Shown here piece by piece: positions 39,579 through 49,571 of a stretch of DNA of 64,000 bases. A model generated the notes under the pieces. The model was not told the origin of the DNA and searched no databases. It saw only the letters and a list, made by a program, of their open reading frames with translations. Position 1 is the stretch's first letter; each line of letters begins with the position of its first letter. The stretch is from an uncultured Rikenellaceae bacterium (GTDB taxonomy: Bacteria > Bacteroidota > Bacteroidia > Bacteroidales > VadinHA17). Where the stretch lies: contig CAYQZL010000003.1 of assembly GCA_964421975.1 (NCBI GenBank), forward strand, positions 1,310 to 65,309. The letters are read 5' to 3'. Both the position numbers and the translations under genes were made by a program.

Positions 39579-40079
39579 ATGAAAACAACATCGTATATTA
39601 TAGTTTTAATTGCCTTTATAATTAATTCCTGCCACACCTCAACCAAAGTAATTCCTGTTGATATGGATGAATATAAAAAAGCTGTGACCAGTGTATTAGA
39701 TGCACATTGGACTGCTGTAAAAGCAAAAGATGCTGATGCTGTAATTGCTTTAGTGACAGATGATTTTCTCTCTTGCGGATCCGATCCGGAAGAATTCTGG
39801 AATAAAACTGAAATGTATAATACTGTTAAACAGATGTTTACCAATAAAGAATTAAAGATAGATATCACTATTGATAAACGTGAAATTCGAATTGCCCGGG
39901 ATGGTAATTCAGCAATTGCCCTTGAGCAGATGTTTATGAAGCCTTTTAGTCAGAGAATCCCCGTCCGGACTGTTTATCATCTCGTTAAAGATAATGATAC
40001 CTGGCTGATTGATTTTACGAGTACCGGTTTTATCCCCAAAAATGAGGACATAGACAAACTTAATATGGCGCTGGAATAA
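39579..40079 (+). CDS. NTF2-fold (SnoaL/DUF4440-like) lipoprotein
   Basis: Lipobox INSC and a C-terminal KDNDTWLIDF pattern. Confidence 0.55.
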   Translation: MKTTSYIIVLIAFIINSCHTSTKVIPVDMDEYKKAVTSVLDAHWTAVKAKDADAVIALVTDDFLSCGSDPEEFWNKTEMYNTVKQMFTNKELKIDITIDKREIRIARDGNSAIALEQMFMKPFSQRIPVRTVYHLVKDNDTWLIDFTSTGFIPKNEDIDKLNMALE

Positions 40080-40199
40080 ACTCGATCTTTGTTCTATTCA
40101 GTTGATGTAATTTGAATTATATTATTGACAATTCTGATTTATGATCGTGGTTTAAGCTCATTTCTGCCGGCAGGATGCACTATAGAGGGAGAATGAAAT

Positions 40200-41051
40200 C
40201 TATTGTACAATGATAATGTTGGATACTGCTCTGGCTCCCTCATGGTCGAATTTCCGATTATCACACGGCATATTGACGATTCCGTTGAAAGGATTCTTTC
40301 TGATCCACATTGTTGTAGATCCTCCGCCATCCAGGTTTACTGCATCTTTGCATCTAAGCGATAACATTAAATTGGTCAACTCTTCCAGGGTCATACCTGC
40401 TGCAAATTCAGTCCTGCCGTCAACTGTAACCAGCAGGATCCGGGATTTGCCTCTCATTCCTATTGCCGTACGTGGATGTTTTAGAGTTACAAGAGATGTC
40501 CCGGGAAGAACGGCTTTTTGTTTATCTTGCAGCAATAGAGGTCCTGTCACCAAAACATCCTGAAAATCAGTATGGTTATCATACCATTCGTTTGAATGAC
40601 TCTCTTCTATGAATACACTGTTATTAAGATCAATAAGCAGGGATCCATTCAAATTAATATTTCTGCTCCATTTCAAAGCAGTATCTGATTCCTGTATTTT
40701 TCCTTCCGTTCGGATGTAAGTTACAGACCCTCCCTCTTTTATATTAAAGAATCCTCCGTTTATTGCAGCCAGGGCATTTGTAGATTCAACCTGTTCGTTT
40801 ACCGGAAGGTTTTTCCCGGGATTATAAAGAAGCGAAATTTCCCTTTTACGTGTATTAACAAGAAGAATATTCACATTCTGGGCCTCCTGTCCGGGAAGAT
40901 TAGTATGTGATGATTTCCAGATCAAGCCTTTATGCACTTTTTCCCGTGTCCACTTAATGTTTTTAAAGCTTACAAGCTGTCCTCTGAGATCGTCAGATGC
41001 TGTAATCAGACATATTAATAAGCTCAGGATTACGATCGATGGTTTTTTCAT
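40200..41051 (-). CDS. Phosphodiester glycosidase family (DUF2233) protein, secreted
   Basis: AINGGFFN, RTAIG and AVNLDGGGSTTM motifs. Confidence 0.7.
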   Translation of the reverse strand: MKKPSIVILSLLICLITASDDLRGQLVSFKNIKWTREKVHKGLIWKSSHTNLPGQEAQNVNILLVNTRKREISLLYNPGKNLPVNEQVESTNALAAINGGFFNIKEGGSVTYIRTEGKIQESDTALKWSRNINLNGSLLIDLNNSVFIEESHSNEWYDNHTDFQDVLVTGPLLLQDKQKAVLPGTSLVTLKHPRTAIGMRGKSRILLVTVDGRTEFAAGMTLEELTNLMLSLRCKDAVNLDGGGSTTMWIRKNPFNGIVNMPCDNRKFDHEGARAVSNIIIVQ

Positions 41052-41494
41052 AAGAAGAATGATTTAAAAAAGTAAAAATAAATTATGTTTGGATAAATAA
41101 GGCCATTATACCACTATGTCAGTTATATTATTGTAAGTCAGATTTGAATAGTTGATCCTCTAGACCTATAAAAACCGGGCTTGCAATGATAAGAAGGAGA
41201 TTAGTGTATATGAGGTAAAGAGTTACTTTCATAATAATTAATGCAGGGAATTAAAAACATACCGGATGTAATAAGAAATAGCATAGATTTATAAAGGGTT
41301 GTATCAGTTTGTACCAGTTTATTTTGTAACAGAAAATAGTAAAAGAATTTATGATTTATACCGGTATAGAACAAATTCCGGGAACAGGCAGGCACGCGAT
41401 TTTTTTAAGAAGTTTGTTGAAATGACTTTTTAAAATGAAATTTATCACTTAGATTTATTTAAAAAGCTCTTCATTTATATTTGCAGCTAAACAT

Positions 41495-42487
41495 ATGGAA
41501 ATACAGAACGAGGAAAAATTCATCAAAGAAGTTGAAAGCTTAATCAATCCTATGGCAGTCAGTGATCTGCTTTTCTTCCAGAAACTTAAGAGATTATTAC
41601 CTTCCCCAGTCATGAAGCGATTGCTGTACAGGGCTTCAAAGAATACTCCTTATATAGGTTTTGTGATTGATCCGTATAGTCTTTTTCTGTTCTTCAGGCT
41701 CACTGATATTGAAAATGCAAAATCACTTCTGCCCGGTAGGTATGAGCTGGCAAAGACAAGATTATTTACCGATGATGAAGCGGATTATTACATGGGGATT
41801 GGCAATCTTAATACCCGTGCAAGTACTTTCTGGGGCACAAGACTGGAGGCTTACCTCATTGCAACAGATAAGAATACCGGACTATTGTCTTTCATTTTCA
41901 TTGATATATTGAGCAATACAATAATAGCTCTGCCGGACAAAGGAATTTCTGATCCGAACTGTAAAAAAGCTATTTTCACGACGAATGCAAAGGGGCAGGT
42001 ATTTCTTGATATACAGGAAAAAAGGACAGGCAGAATGCTTTCATTAACAGGAAGCATAAAGAACGGGAAGATACGAAGACTGGATCAAAGTCTCTGGCTG
42101 ATGGGGAATACCTCAATAGGCCACTGTAATAGATTTATTAAAGGGGAAGACAATCCTTTTGCCGTGATATTTGATCCGGCAGAAGTGTATGAAGCGCTGG
42201 ATGTTCCTCGGGAAGATATTCATATAACAATGAACACACTTTTTCCGGGCCTGGCACATAAGGAAATCAGTAAGGCAATCTGTTTCCCTTTCGCACAGCA
42301 CTATATTGCTGACAGCCCCGGTTGTTATACCACAGTAAAGGACCGGGATGATTTAATTAATAAATATAACAAACTTGCTGAATCTGAAAACTTCAAAACA
42401 TTTTCTGCAAGTACAATAGTAAAACAGATCTCTGTAGTTACTGTTATTATTATTCTTATTACAGTTTTACTCCTGCTTTTAATATAG
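41495..42487 (+). CDS. Hypothetical protein with C-terminal TM anchor
   Basis: 330-aa ORF with a TATATTTG -7-like box at 41476-41483. I recognise no family. Confidence 0.45.
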   Translation: MEIQNEEKFIKEVESLINPMAVSDLLFFQKLKRLLPSPVMKRLLYRASKNTPYIGFVIDPYSLFLFFRLTDIENAKSLLPGRYELAKTRLFTDDEADYYMGIGNLNTRASTFWGTRLEAYLIATDKNTGLLSFIFIDILSNTIIALPDKGISDPNCKKAIFTTNAKGQVFLDIQEKRTGRMLSLTGSIKNGKIRRLDQSLWLMGNTSIGHCNRFIKGEDNPFAVIFDPAEVYEALDVPREDIHITMNTLFPGLAHKEISKAICFPFAQHYIADSPGCYTTVKDRDDLINKYNKLAESENFKTFSASTIVKQISVVTVIIILITVLLLLLI

Positions 42488-42491
42488 TATA

Positions 42492-44087
42492 TCAGGAGCC
42501 CATGATACGGTTTGCGGCCAGTTTCCCGGTGAGAATTGACATAGGAACTCCGGCAGGACTATAGGTCCATTGTCCTGCCTGGTATATTGAAGGTATTGGG
42601 GTTATAACAGCCCGGTTTGCAGCCATTATCTTATTTATGACCGGAACCGGTTCGCGGAAAGACCAGCCGGTAATAGCTCCCTCAGAAGAACCAACTCTCT
42701 TTTCATAGCTGAGAGGGGAAAAAGAAAAACTTTCCATTGCCTTTTCCTTTAACATGGGATAAACTGATGCGGCAAGTACTTTAATGATCCGTTCTTCCAG
42801 TTCCGTAATAAATTCACTATACCAGCCTGCCTCATTGACCAGTTTAAACAAATCATAATCGGTAAGAGTACTGATAATAAGTCCCGTTTTGCCTTCAGGA
42901 GCCATATCAGGATCTTTAAGGGCTGGGATTGAGATTTCGTATGTATTCAAAGCCAGAAATTTATCGAGCCAGTTCAATATCGTTGTTTTGTCCGGCCTGC
43001 CGGGGGCGCTTAAAATCCTGTCAAGATCACCACGATGTGTTTCTCCCAGTCCCTCTTTTGACGGAGAATAAAAGAAGTGTCCGTGAGAAATTCTTTTAAA
43101 ATTTTCAACTGGTTCATCAACCTCAACAAATAGCGTAAATACAGAATCACCTCCTCTTTTTCCAAGTAAGCGGCTTTTTACTTTTTCAAAGTTTGTCATG
43201 ATCTTTCGGGACAATCCTTCTGTAGAGGTAATCCTGTATAAGGTCTTAAGGTCAGCAGCCCAGACAAGATTTTGATAGAAATAGCCGGTATTATTATGAT
43301 CGATAACCCTCTTTTCAGGGGCCAGTACCTTTGTAATGGTCGTTTCACGCAGTATCTTACCGCCCCATTCAAGGAACCTTTTTTCAACTGCCCCGGCCAG
43401 TTTGCCGACACCTCCCCTGGGATAGAAATAATCCAGGTAAAGAGAAAAATAGCTCAGCGCAAAAAATGCCGGAGTATTCCTGAAAAAATGCTGTGAGATA
43501 ATATCTCTGAGAGAAGGATTTTTAATGATCTTTTCCAGATATGGTTCAACCGGCACATTCATCCGGTTTACTTTACCTGTTGTAAACAGGAATTTCGGCA
43601 ACCAGGGCAGAAGTTCTTTAAAAAGATAAGCTCTGTCATACCTCAGATCCTTGAAAAAGGGATTTTCTATACCGTAAAGCACATCCATGTGCTTCATTAC
43701 CTTTCTGATTATTTTTATTATTTGATCTGTTTCGGCTTCACTTTCCGGGTATAGTTTCTTCAGCAGATTCCCGTAATCAGTTAAGTTTTTTATACTTTCG
43801 ATATTCAGTATTTCATTCTCCACGCCAACTGAAACAGGACTTTTAACGATTTCGAGTTTAATACCCAGTTCATTTAACATCGGAAAAATAATGCCTGCAT
43901 TTTCAAGAGCCCTGATCCCCGTGTCAAACCGGAATCCGTTGTGTGAAAAAGAATTCACCAATCCGCCACATTCCTTATTCTTTTCGATAAGCAGAACGCG
44001 ATGTCCCTTTTTAGCAAGGAAGGCAGCGCAGGTTAATCCTGCTATTCCTCCACCAACGACTATTGACTGATATTTCACTTCCTCCAT
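42492..44087 (-). CDS. FAD-dependent oxidoreductase, phytoene-desaturase/amine-oxidase family
   Basis: N-terminal dinucleotide motif VVGGGIAGLTCAAFLAKKGHRVLLIEKN. Confidence 0.8.
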   Translation of the reverse strand: MEEVKYQSIVVGGGIAGLTCAAFLAKKGHRVLLIEKNKECGGLVNSFSHNGFRFDTGIRALENAGIIFPMLNELGIKLEIVKSPVSVGVENEILNIESIKNLTDYGNLLKKLYPESEAETDQIIKIIRKVMKHMDVLYGIENPFFKDLRYDRAYLFKELLPWLPKFLFTTGKVNRMNVPVEPYLEKIIKNPSLRDIISQHFFRNTPAFFALSYFSLYLDYFYPRGGVGKLAGAVEKRFLEWGGKILRETTITKVLAPEKRVIDHNNTGYFYQNLVWAADLKTLYRITSTEGLSRKIMTNFEKVKSRLLGKRGGDSVFTLFVEVDEPVENFKRISHGHFFYSPSKEGLGETHRGDLDRILSAPGRPDKTTILNWLDKFLALNTYEISIPALKDPDMAPEGKTGLIISTLTDYDLFKLVNEAGWYSEFITELEERIIKVLAASVYPMLKEKAMESFSFSPLSYEKRVGSSEGAITGWSFREPVPVINKIMAANRAVITPIPSIYQAGQWTYSPAGVPMSILTGKLAANRIMGS

Positions 44088-44093
44088 ACGATT

Positions 44094-45056
44094 TCAAGGG
44101 TTGCATAATATATCCTTAATTCCGGTCATTTCCAGACTTTTTGTCCAAAGTTCATGTGCAGCTTCCCTGTCAAGGGCGGGTGGTGCGGGTTCTTCCCCGG
44201 TAGTCAGGTTAAAGAATTTTCCGTTTACTCCTTCCATCTCAGATGAAGCTCCAAGGTAATAGATTGACTCAGCTGCAATTTCAGTTGGTCTCAGGGTCTT
44301 ATCAAAAAGATGTTTCTTTATCCAGCGGTACACCGGACCATTATCCTTTCCTGTTTCTGATCTGACTGCACCCGGATGCATTGCATTTATGGTTACTCCC
44401 GTGGGTCGGAAGTATTCAGCAAAGATGAGCATTGACAGTAGCTGTGCAAGCTTGGCCGAACCATAACTTTTCAGTCCGGAATAGCGACGTTTTTCCCAGT
44501 TCAGGTCATCAAGCCGCAAGCCCCAGGCAGCAAAACGGTGACCTTCCGAATTGACCAGAATGATCCTGCCTTTTTTCCGGGATTTTAACTTTTCACAAAG
44601 GAGAATATTTATCATAAATGAAGAAAGATGATTTACCACAAAAACCTTGTCAAATCCTTCTGCGGTAAGCTCTCTCCTGGTAAGATAGGTACCGGCATTG
44701 TGAATCAGCACATCAATCTCTCTTTCAAGCCTTAAAAGTTCTCCTGCAACCCGGTAAATATCCTGCAGATTACTCAGATCAGCGATTATATAATCACAGC
44801 GTACGCCATATTCCTTTTCTATTTCAGCTTTTAAGGCATCGCTTTTACTCCCGTTGCGGTTAATGCAAAGAAGCCTTGCCCCATGGGAAGCAAATTTACG
44901 GGCCGTAAAGTAACCTATGCCTGATGTAGCGCCGCTGATAACTACAAGATGGTCCTCAAGATCAGTGGTACATATTTTGGGATCCCGCCTGTTGTTTCTT
45001 ATCATGGCCGCAATGTTCGACCATTTGTATTCATTAAAATATTCAGGTAGAGACAT
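44094..45056 (-). CDS. Short-chain dehydrogenase/reductase (SDR)
   Basis: ISGATSGIG cofactor motif, NAG, and a YxxxK-region equivalent (YGSAK). Confidence 0.85.
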   Translation of the reverse strand: MSLPEYFNEYKWSNIAAMIRNNRRDPKICTTDLEDHLVVISGATSGIGYFTARKFASHGARLLCINRNGSKSDALKAEIEKEYGVRCDYIIADLSNLQDIYRVAGELLRLEREIDVLIHNAGTYLTRRELTAEGFDKVFVVNHLSSFMINILLCEKLKSRKKGRIILVNSEGHRFAAWGLRLDDLNWEKRRYSGLKSYGSAKLAQLLSMLIFAEYFRPTGVTINAMHPGAVRSETGKDNGPVYRWIKKHLFDKTLRPTEIAAESIYYLGASSEMEGVNGKFFNLTTGEEPAPPALDREAAHELWTKSLEMTGIKDILCNP

Positions 45057-45071
45057 ATTTGAATAAGTTGA

Positions 45072-45545
45072 TCAACCAAATTTCTTTATCATAAACCTCC
45101 TGTAAGCCTTTCCAAACCGGGGAATATTGTCAAATATGTCGCCCCATAAATCGTAGTAATCCCTTTGCTCAATTATTTTCCCCTCCTCATTTAATGTCAG
45201 CCGGCTTGATCCATATAATACTGAGCTTGGGTTCTTCTTAAATTTAATGGTCATCTCCCATTCGATAAAAGCAATGCTGTTATGAATAACTGCATTTACA
45301 ATATTCATTTTAAGGTCCTTTGAACGATTAGTCAAACGTTCGGTCATTGCCCTGAATTCTTCTATCCCGTGTATTGCCTGAATGGAATCCCTGAAGTATA
45401 TATTATCATCGTAATAGGGAAGGATGTGTGACCAGTCGGGCTTTCCCAGGGTATTGTAAGTTTTAGACCATAATTCTTTCAGGATTTCAGCATTTAAACC
45501 AGTCACGGCTGATTTCTCTTCCTGATCTGTTGGATTCTCATTCAT
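45072..45545 (-). CDS. NTF2-fold (SnoaL-like) protein
   Basis: Size and pattern fit the fold. It is in an operon with the SDR and FAD oxidoreductase genes. Confidence 0.55.
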   Translation of the reverse strand: MNENPTDQEEKSAVTGLNAEILKELWSKTYNTLGKPDWSHILPYYDDNIYFRDSIQAIHGIEEFRAMTERLTNRSKDLKMNIVNAVIHNSIAFIEWEMTIKFKKNPSSVLYGSSRLTLNEEGKIIEQRDYYDLWGDIFDNIPRFGKAYRRFMIKKFG

Positions 45546-45635
45546 TTTTTACTGGTTTTTGGATTTGATTCTAATACCTTTTATCGGAAATAACCAGACG
45601 GGATTTATATTTCGATGTTTCCCGGCATCTCCCTT

Positions 45636-46508
45636 CTACTTCTTCTTTTTACCTGGTAAGAATTCCGGTTCTTCAGGGAATATATCATTTCTTATTCGCA
45701 TTAATTCTTCGGATGTATCAATATCGGGACTGACCTTAACCAATAATACCGGACTCAGTCCTTTGTCGGGATGCTGAATAGAATTGGATTTCTGCCTCAG
45801 GATTTTTCTTGAAGCTCCGACAACAAATTGCTCCGATCGGTCGGTAACAAATCCGCTCAGTGTACCGTTATTGTTAAGGGTAAGATAATTGCTGAAAATC
45901 TCCCTTCGTGTTATATAAATCTCCCCCTTGAAAAACTTCCCCACGCTGATTTGGACAGTAACTCCGGGATTTCCATCCTTATCCGGATCTGTTAAGTTCG
46001 GGTCATTGGGATCGGTTGAAAGGGATTTCATCGGATCACCTTCAATTCCAAGGAGGCTTGGGCTCTCGGGACTGTAAATATGCCAGTTTCCGTCTTTCCG
46101 GAATAATTCAACTTCCCGTACCCTGGGTTTGATCGCCTGGACTGCTTCGTCACTGAATACTGATTTAGCATTTTTCCTGCTAAGTTTTTGTTCTGCATGC
46201 ACAAAACGGTCTGACTGCATAAGCCTGCCTTCATCCAGGTAGAAATCAGTAAATCCATATGAAATGATAAAGGTCCGCATTGTAGTTCTGGTAGTGGTGT
46301 CTTCGTATGCCACCACATCATAGTGTGCATAATGACCCGCTATCTCTTTTAATGCACTTTCTCTGTCTGTCAGCTGGTGTGAGTCCGATACATCCTGTTC
46401 GAAAACGTATAAAGGCGATTCCGGCCAGTCCAAAGGTTTTGAACATGAATAAAGGATAAGCAAAGAAGCTAAGAATCCCGGATAGAACCACCTGTCCCTG
46501 TGAACCAT
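45636..46508 (-). CDS. Hypothetical lipoprotein
   Basis: Lipobox LYSCSK and no recognised domain. Confidence 0.45.
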   Translation of the reverse strand: MVHRDRWFYPGFLASLLILYSCSKPLDWPESPLYVFEQDVSDSHQLTDRESALKEIAGHYAHYDVVAYEDTTTRTTMRTFIISYGFTDFYLDEGRLMQSDRFVHAEQKLSRKNAKSVFSDEAVQAIKPRVREVELFRKDGNWHIYSPESPSLLGIEGDPMKSLSTDPNDPNLTDPDKDGNPGVTVQISVGKFFKGEIYITRREIFSNYLTLNNNGTLSGFVTDRSEQFVVGASRKILRQKSNSIQHPDKGLSPVLLVKVSPDIDTSEELMRIRNDIFPEEPEFLPGKKKK

Positions 46509-46548
46509 AGCTGTTCAGAATGATAAAAGTTTCAGCAAATTTATTTTA

Positions 46549-46998
46549 TTATTCGTGTTTATCCATGATTTCTGACAGGATATTTACTGCATCTGCCACG
46601 TATTTTTCACACCTGATTTTAAAATAATTCTGTTCAACGATTTTCTTATTGTCAACGGGATTGTTCATATCAAGCCCGTCAAGTAAAGCAAGACAATTCT
46701 CCGATCCGTTGAGTCTCTTAAATTCATCGAAGAACTCTTTTGTTATCCGGTAGGTATTTTTCTTTTTCTCCTCAGGATCATTCAATCCTTTGCCATATTT
46801 CAAACCCAGTACCATCAGGGCACCTGTGACGGCACCGCAGATATATTGCTGACGGCCCATTCCTCCTCCGAAAGCAGTCGCGATCTTTAAACAGTCATCC
46901 TCAGATAATTCAAGTTCCTGTCCGAAGGTTACCAATACCGATTGAGAACAGTTATAACTGTTTCTGAAATAAGCCAAAGCTTTATCTGTTTTATCCAT
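46549..46998 (-). CDS. C_GCAxxG_C_C family redox-related protein
   Basis: YNCSQSVL and ICGAVTGALMVLG motifs. The start is set at MDKTDK and overlaps the arsC stop by 8 nt. Confidence 0.7.
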   Translation of the reverse strand: MDKTDKALAYFRNSYNCSQSVLVTFGQELELSEDDCLKIATAFGGGMGRQQYICGAVTGALMVLGLKYGKGLNDPEEKKKNTYRITKEFFDEFKRLNGSENCLALLDGLDMNNPVDNKKIVEQNYFKIRCEKYVADAVNILSEIMDKHE

Positions 46999-47437
46999 GA
47001 ATTTCCGGTTTGATTTTTTCTTTATATAGTTTGAAAAAGTCATCTTTTATCATATCCCTGATCCTTCTGAATTCACTGAATATATACTCCTCAGCCCCAG
47101 TCTTATGCGAAGGATCTTCATACCCCATATGTAAGCGATGTTTCACATTCCCGGCGAAAACCGGGCATGATTCGTTTGCATCATCACAGACCGTAATCAC
47201 ATAATCCCAGTTTTCATTAATAAAAATATCAACATTTTTGGGATAATTATCGCTTATATCAATTCCTGCTTCAGCCATTACTTTTACTGCTTTTGAATTG
47301 ATCCGTGCAGCAGGAACAGTTCCTGCAGAAAAAACTCTGATCTCTTTATCGAATGATTGAAGGAATCCGTGTGCCATCTGACTACGGCAGCTGTTCCCGG
47401 TACAAAGTATCAATACCCTGATCTGTTTACCTTTCAT
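46991..47437 (-). CDS. arsC: Arsenate reductase, LMW-PTPase type, thioredoxin-coupled
   Basis: CTGNSCRS P-loop plus a CDDANESC pair corresponding to the Cys82/Cys89 relay of Trx-coupled ArsC. Confidence 0.8.
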   Translation of the reverse strand: MKGKQIRVLILCTGNSCRSQMAHGFLQSFDKEIRVFSAGTVPAARINSKAVKVMAEAGIDISDNYPKNVDIFINENWDYVITVCDDANESCPVFAGNVKHRLHMGYEDPSHKTGAEEYIFSEFRRIRDMIKDDFFKLYKEKIKPEIHG

Positions 47438-47488
47438 GGTTAATAATTTTCTTCTGTCACTGCAAAACTAATAAATCATTTCGTATAT

Positions 47489-47863
47489 TTGCGAAATATA
47501 AAAATAAATTTTCCCAAAGTGACAACGAAAGTAAAGCTTCCTGAAAATGCAGTTGAGATTGCAAGGATTTCAAAAGCACTCAGTCACCCGGTCAGGGTTT
47601 ATATCATAAAGAAACTGGCTAAAATGGATTCCTGCTGTTACAGCGGGGACCTGGTCGATGAACTTCCTGTCGGAAGGTCTACCCTGTCACAACATCTGAA
47701 GGAGTTGAAATATGCAGGACTGATCCAGGGAGAGATCAATTCCCCATATATAAGATATTGTATTAACAGGCAAAACTGGGATACAGCCAAAAGATTATTT
47801 GAAAATTTTCTGAATGAAAACGCCCCTGCAAATATTATGTGTGAAAGTTCTGATGCTTTGTAG
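47489..47863 (+). CDS. arsR: ArsR/SmtB-family metalloregulator
   Basis: HPVRVYIIKKL...SCCYSGDLVDELPVGRSTLSQHLKELKYAGLI. The start codon is uncertain (TTG in the track). Confidence 0.75.
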   Translation: MRNIKINFPKVTTKVKLPENAVEIARISKALSHPVRVYIIKKLAKMDSCCYSGDLVDELPVGRSTLSQHLKELKYAGLIQGEINSPYIRYCINRQNWDTAKRLFENFLNENAPANIMCESSDAL

Positions 47864-48182
47864 AAATAAGCCTGGTCTTGTTATAAACGGAAAGGTTGTT
47901 TTAAAAGGCCGTGTTCCCTCAGCAAAGGAGTTAAAGGAAATTATAGCTGACCGGGCCTGGGATCTGCAAAATGATATGGAAATTAAAAAAGAACTTAAAA
48001 TCCTGGGCTGGATAACGGCAGTGTTTGCTTTTGCATTTTTTCTGCCGGTTGATAGTTCACGATTCAATACAGCAACTTCAGAAACACTTGATCTTGTAAA
48101 ATGGTATGCTCAGATTGACGGCTATGCCCATTATTCCTTTAATAAAGTATACTCCTTTCAGCCCGGATGGAGCCAGGCCTGA
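47814..48182 (+). pseudogene. Decayed fusion of a thioredoxin_3/glutaredoxin-like gene relic and the N-terminus of an ars-associated DUF318-type permease
   Basis: PGLVINGKVVLKGRVPSAKELKEII resembles the C-terminus of small redox-active disulfide proteins, but the CxxC part is missing. MEIKKELKILGWITAVFAFAFFLP...RF...WYAQ resembles a permease N-terminus, then similarity ends. The ORF also overlaps the arsR 3' end. Confidence 0.4.
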
Positions 48183-48276
48183 GCATGTGAAGCTATGTTT
48201 AAATGAGGGACCTCTATCGAAGATTTCTACGAATTAGCTGCTATCGGATGGGTTGAATAAATATTTCCGCTGTATA

Positions 48277-49536
48277 TCAGCTGCCTGCAGCCTTCTGAAC
48301 CTCCTCCCAAACCCGCAGGAAATTTTCAGATAATATCTTTACTATATCTTCTTCAGAATAACCTCGCTTCAGCAATTCAAAAACGATTACAGGATAACCT
48401 GAAACATCTGGTACATCAGCAGGTTTTAATGGTCCGACACCGTCAAAATCAGAACCCAGACCTACATAATCAATTCCTGCCACCTTTATTACATGCTCAA
48501 TGTGGTCAACAAGCTGTCTGGAGTCGCAGACCAGCCTGTGGGTTTTGGCAAACTCCATTATCAGATCGTTGCCTTCCTTTGTATCATATTTCAGGTTTTT
48601 GGATTCAAGTATTTGCTGGATTTCTTCTGTATTCTTCATACATACTGAATCAAGAAACTGGGTACAGAAGTTCACCATGATCACGCCCTGCTTTTCAGCT
48701 ATGGCCCTGATAAGATCATCGGGCAGGTTCCTCTCGAAACCGGGTACGAAATGTCTGCAAGATGAATGAGATGCTATCACGGGAGCTTTTGATAATCTCA
48801 ATGCCTGCAGTACCGTACTGTCGGATGAATGTGAAATATCGACCATTATTCCAAGCCGGTTCATTTCCCTGATCACTTCCGATCCCAGGGGACTTAATCC
48901 ATTCCACTTCCGTTCGGGATCAAAATTAGAATCACATATCAGGTTTGCCTTATTGTGGCAAAGAGTTATATAGGCGATTCCCTGATCTTTAAGGTATTTA
49001 AGGTATTGCAGATCTTCTCCGGCCGGTGATCCGTTTTCAAGACAGGGGATCAAAGAGAACAACTCTTTGCCGAAGTTGCTTCTGACCTCACCGGGGGTGG
49101 TTGAAACAGCGAATTTATCAGGATATGCTTCAGGATAATGCCTGATGATCTTCAGCATAGTATCAACCATCTGACGTCCTTTGCCTATATCAAAGTCGGA
49201 ACTGATATAAGCAACTGACAATACGGCATCAAGTCCTCCCTTCCTTGCTCTTATCAGATCAAAATCCCCTTTTGAAGTCTGCATTGATATGTCTCCGGGA
49301 TTTCCCAGAATAAAATCCGGCCAGTCGATGTGGGAATCAAGTATCAGATTTGTCCGGCAGATCCTCTCTGCCTCCTGTCTCAGCTTTATGTCAGGATCCT
49401 TGCCGGGAGAATTTTTACAGGAAAAAGCCATCACAAAAAGAATAATCAGTCCGCAAATAACAACAACTTTATCTGAAACAGAAAAAGTATTGAAAGTATT
49501 TCTATGGTTATTCATAATAATTTGATTATTAATCAA
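48277..49536 (-). CDS. Membrane dipeptidase (peptidase M19), lipoprotein
   Basis: DSHIDWP, ASHSS and GSDFDG motifs. The exact start is uncertain. Confidence 0.8.
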   Translation of the reverse strand: MINNQIIMNNHRNTFNTFSVSDKVVVICGLIILFVMAFSCKNSPGKDPDIKLRQEAERICRTNLILDSHIDWPDFILGNPGDISMQTSKGDFDLIRARKGGLDAVLSVAYISSDFDIGKGRQMVDTMLKIIRHYPEAYPDKFAVSTTPGEVRSNFGKELFSLIPCLENGSPAGEDLQYLKYLKDQGIAYITLCHNKANLICDSNFDPERKWNGLSPLGSEVIREMNRLGIMVDISHSSDSTVLQALRLSKAPVIASHSSCRHFVPGFERNLPDDLIRAIAEKQGVIMVNFCTQFLDSVCMKNTEEIQQILESKNLKYDTKEGNDLIMEFAKTHRLVCDSRQLVDHIEHVIKVAGIDYVGLGSDFDGVGPLKPADVPDVSGYPVIVFELLKRGYSEEDIVKILSENFLRVWEEVQKAAGS

Positions 49537-49571
49537 AATTACTCCATTTGTTCCGGAAAGACAATAAGATT

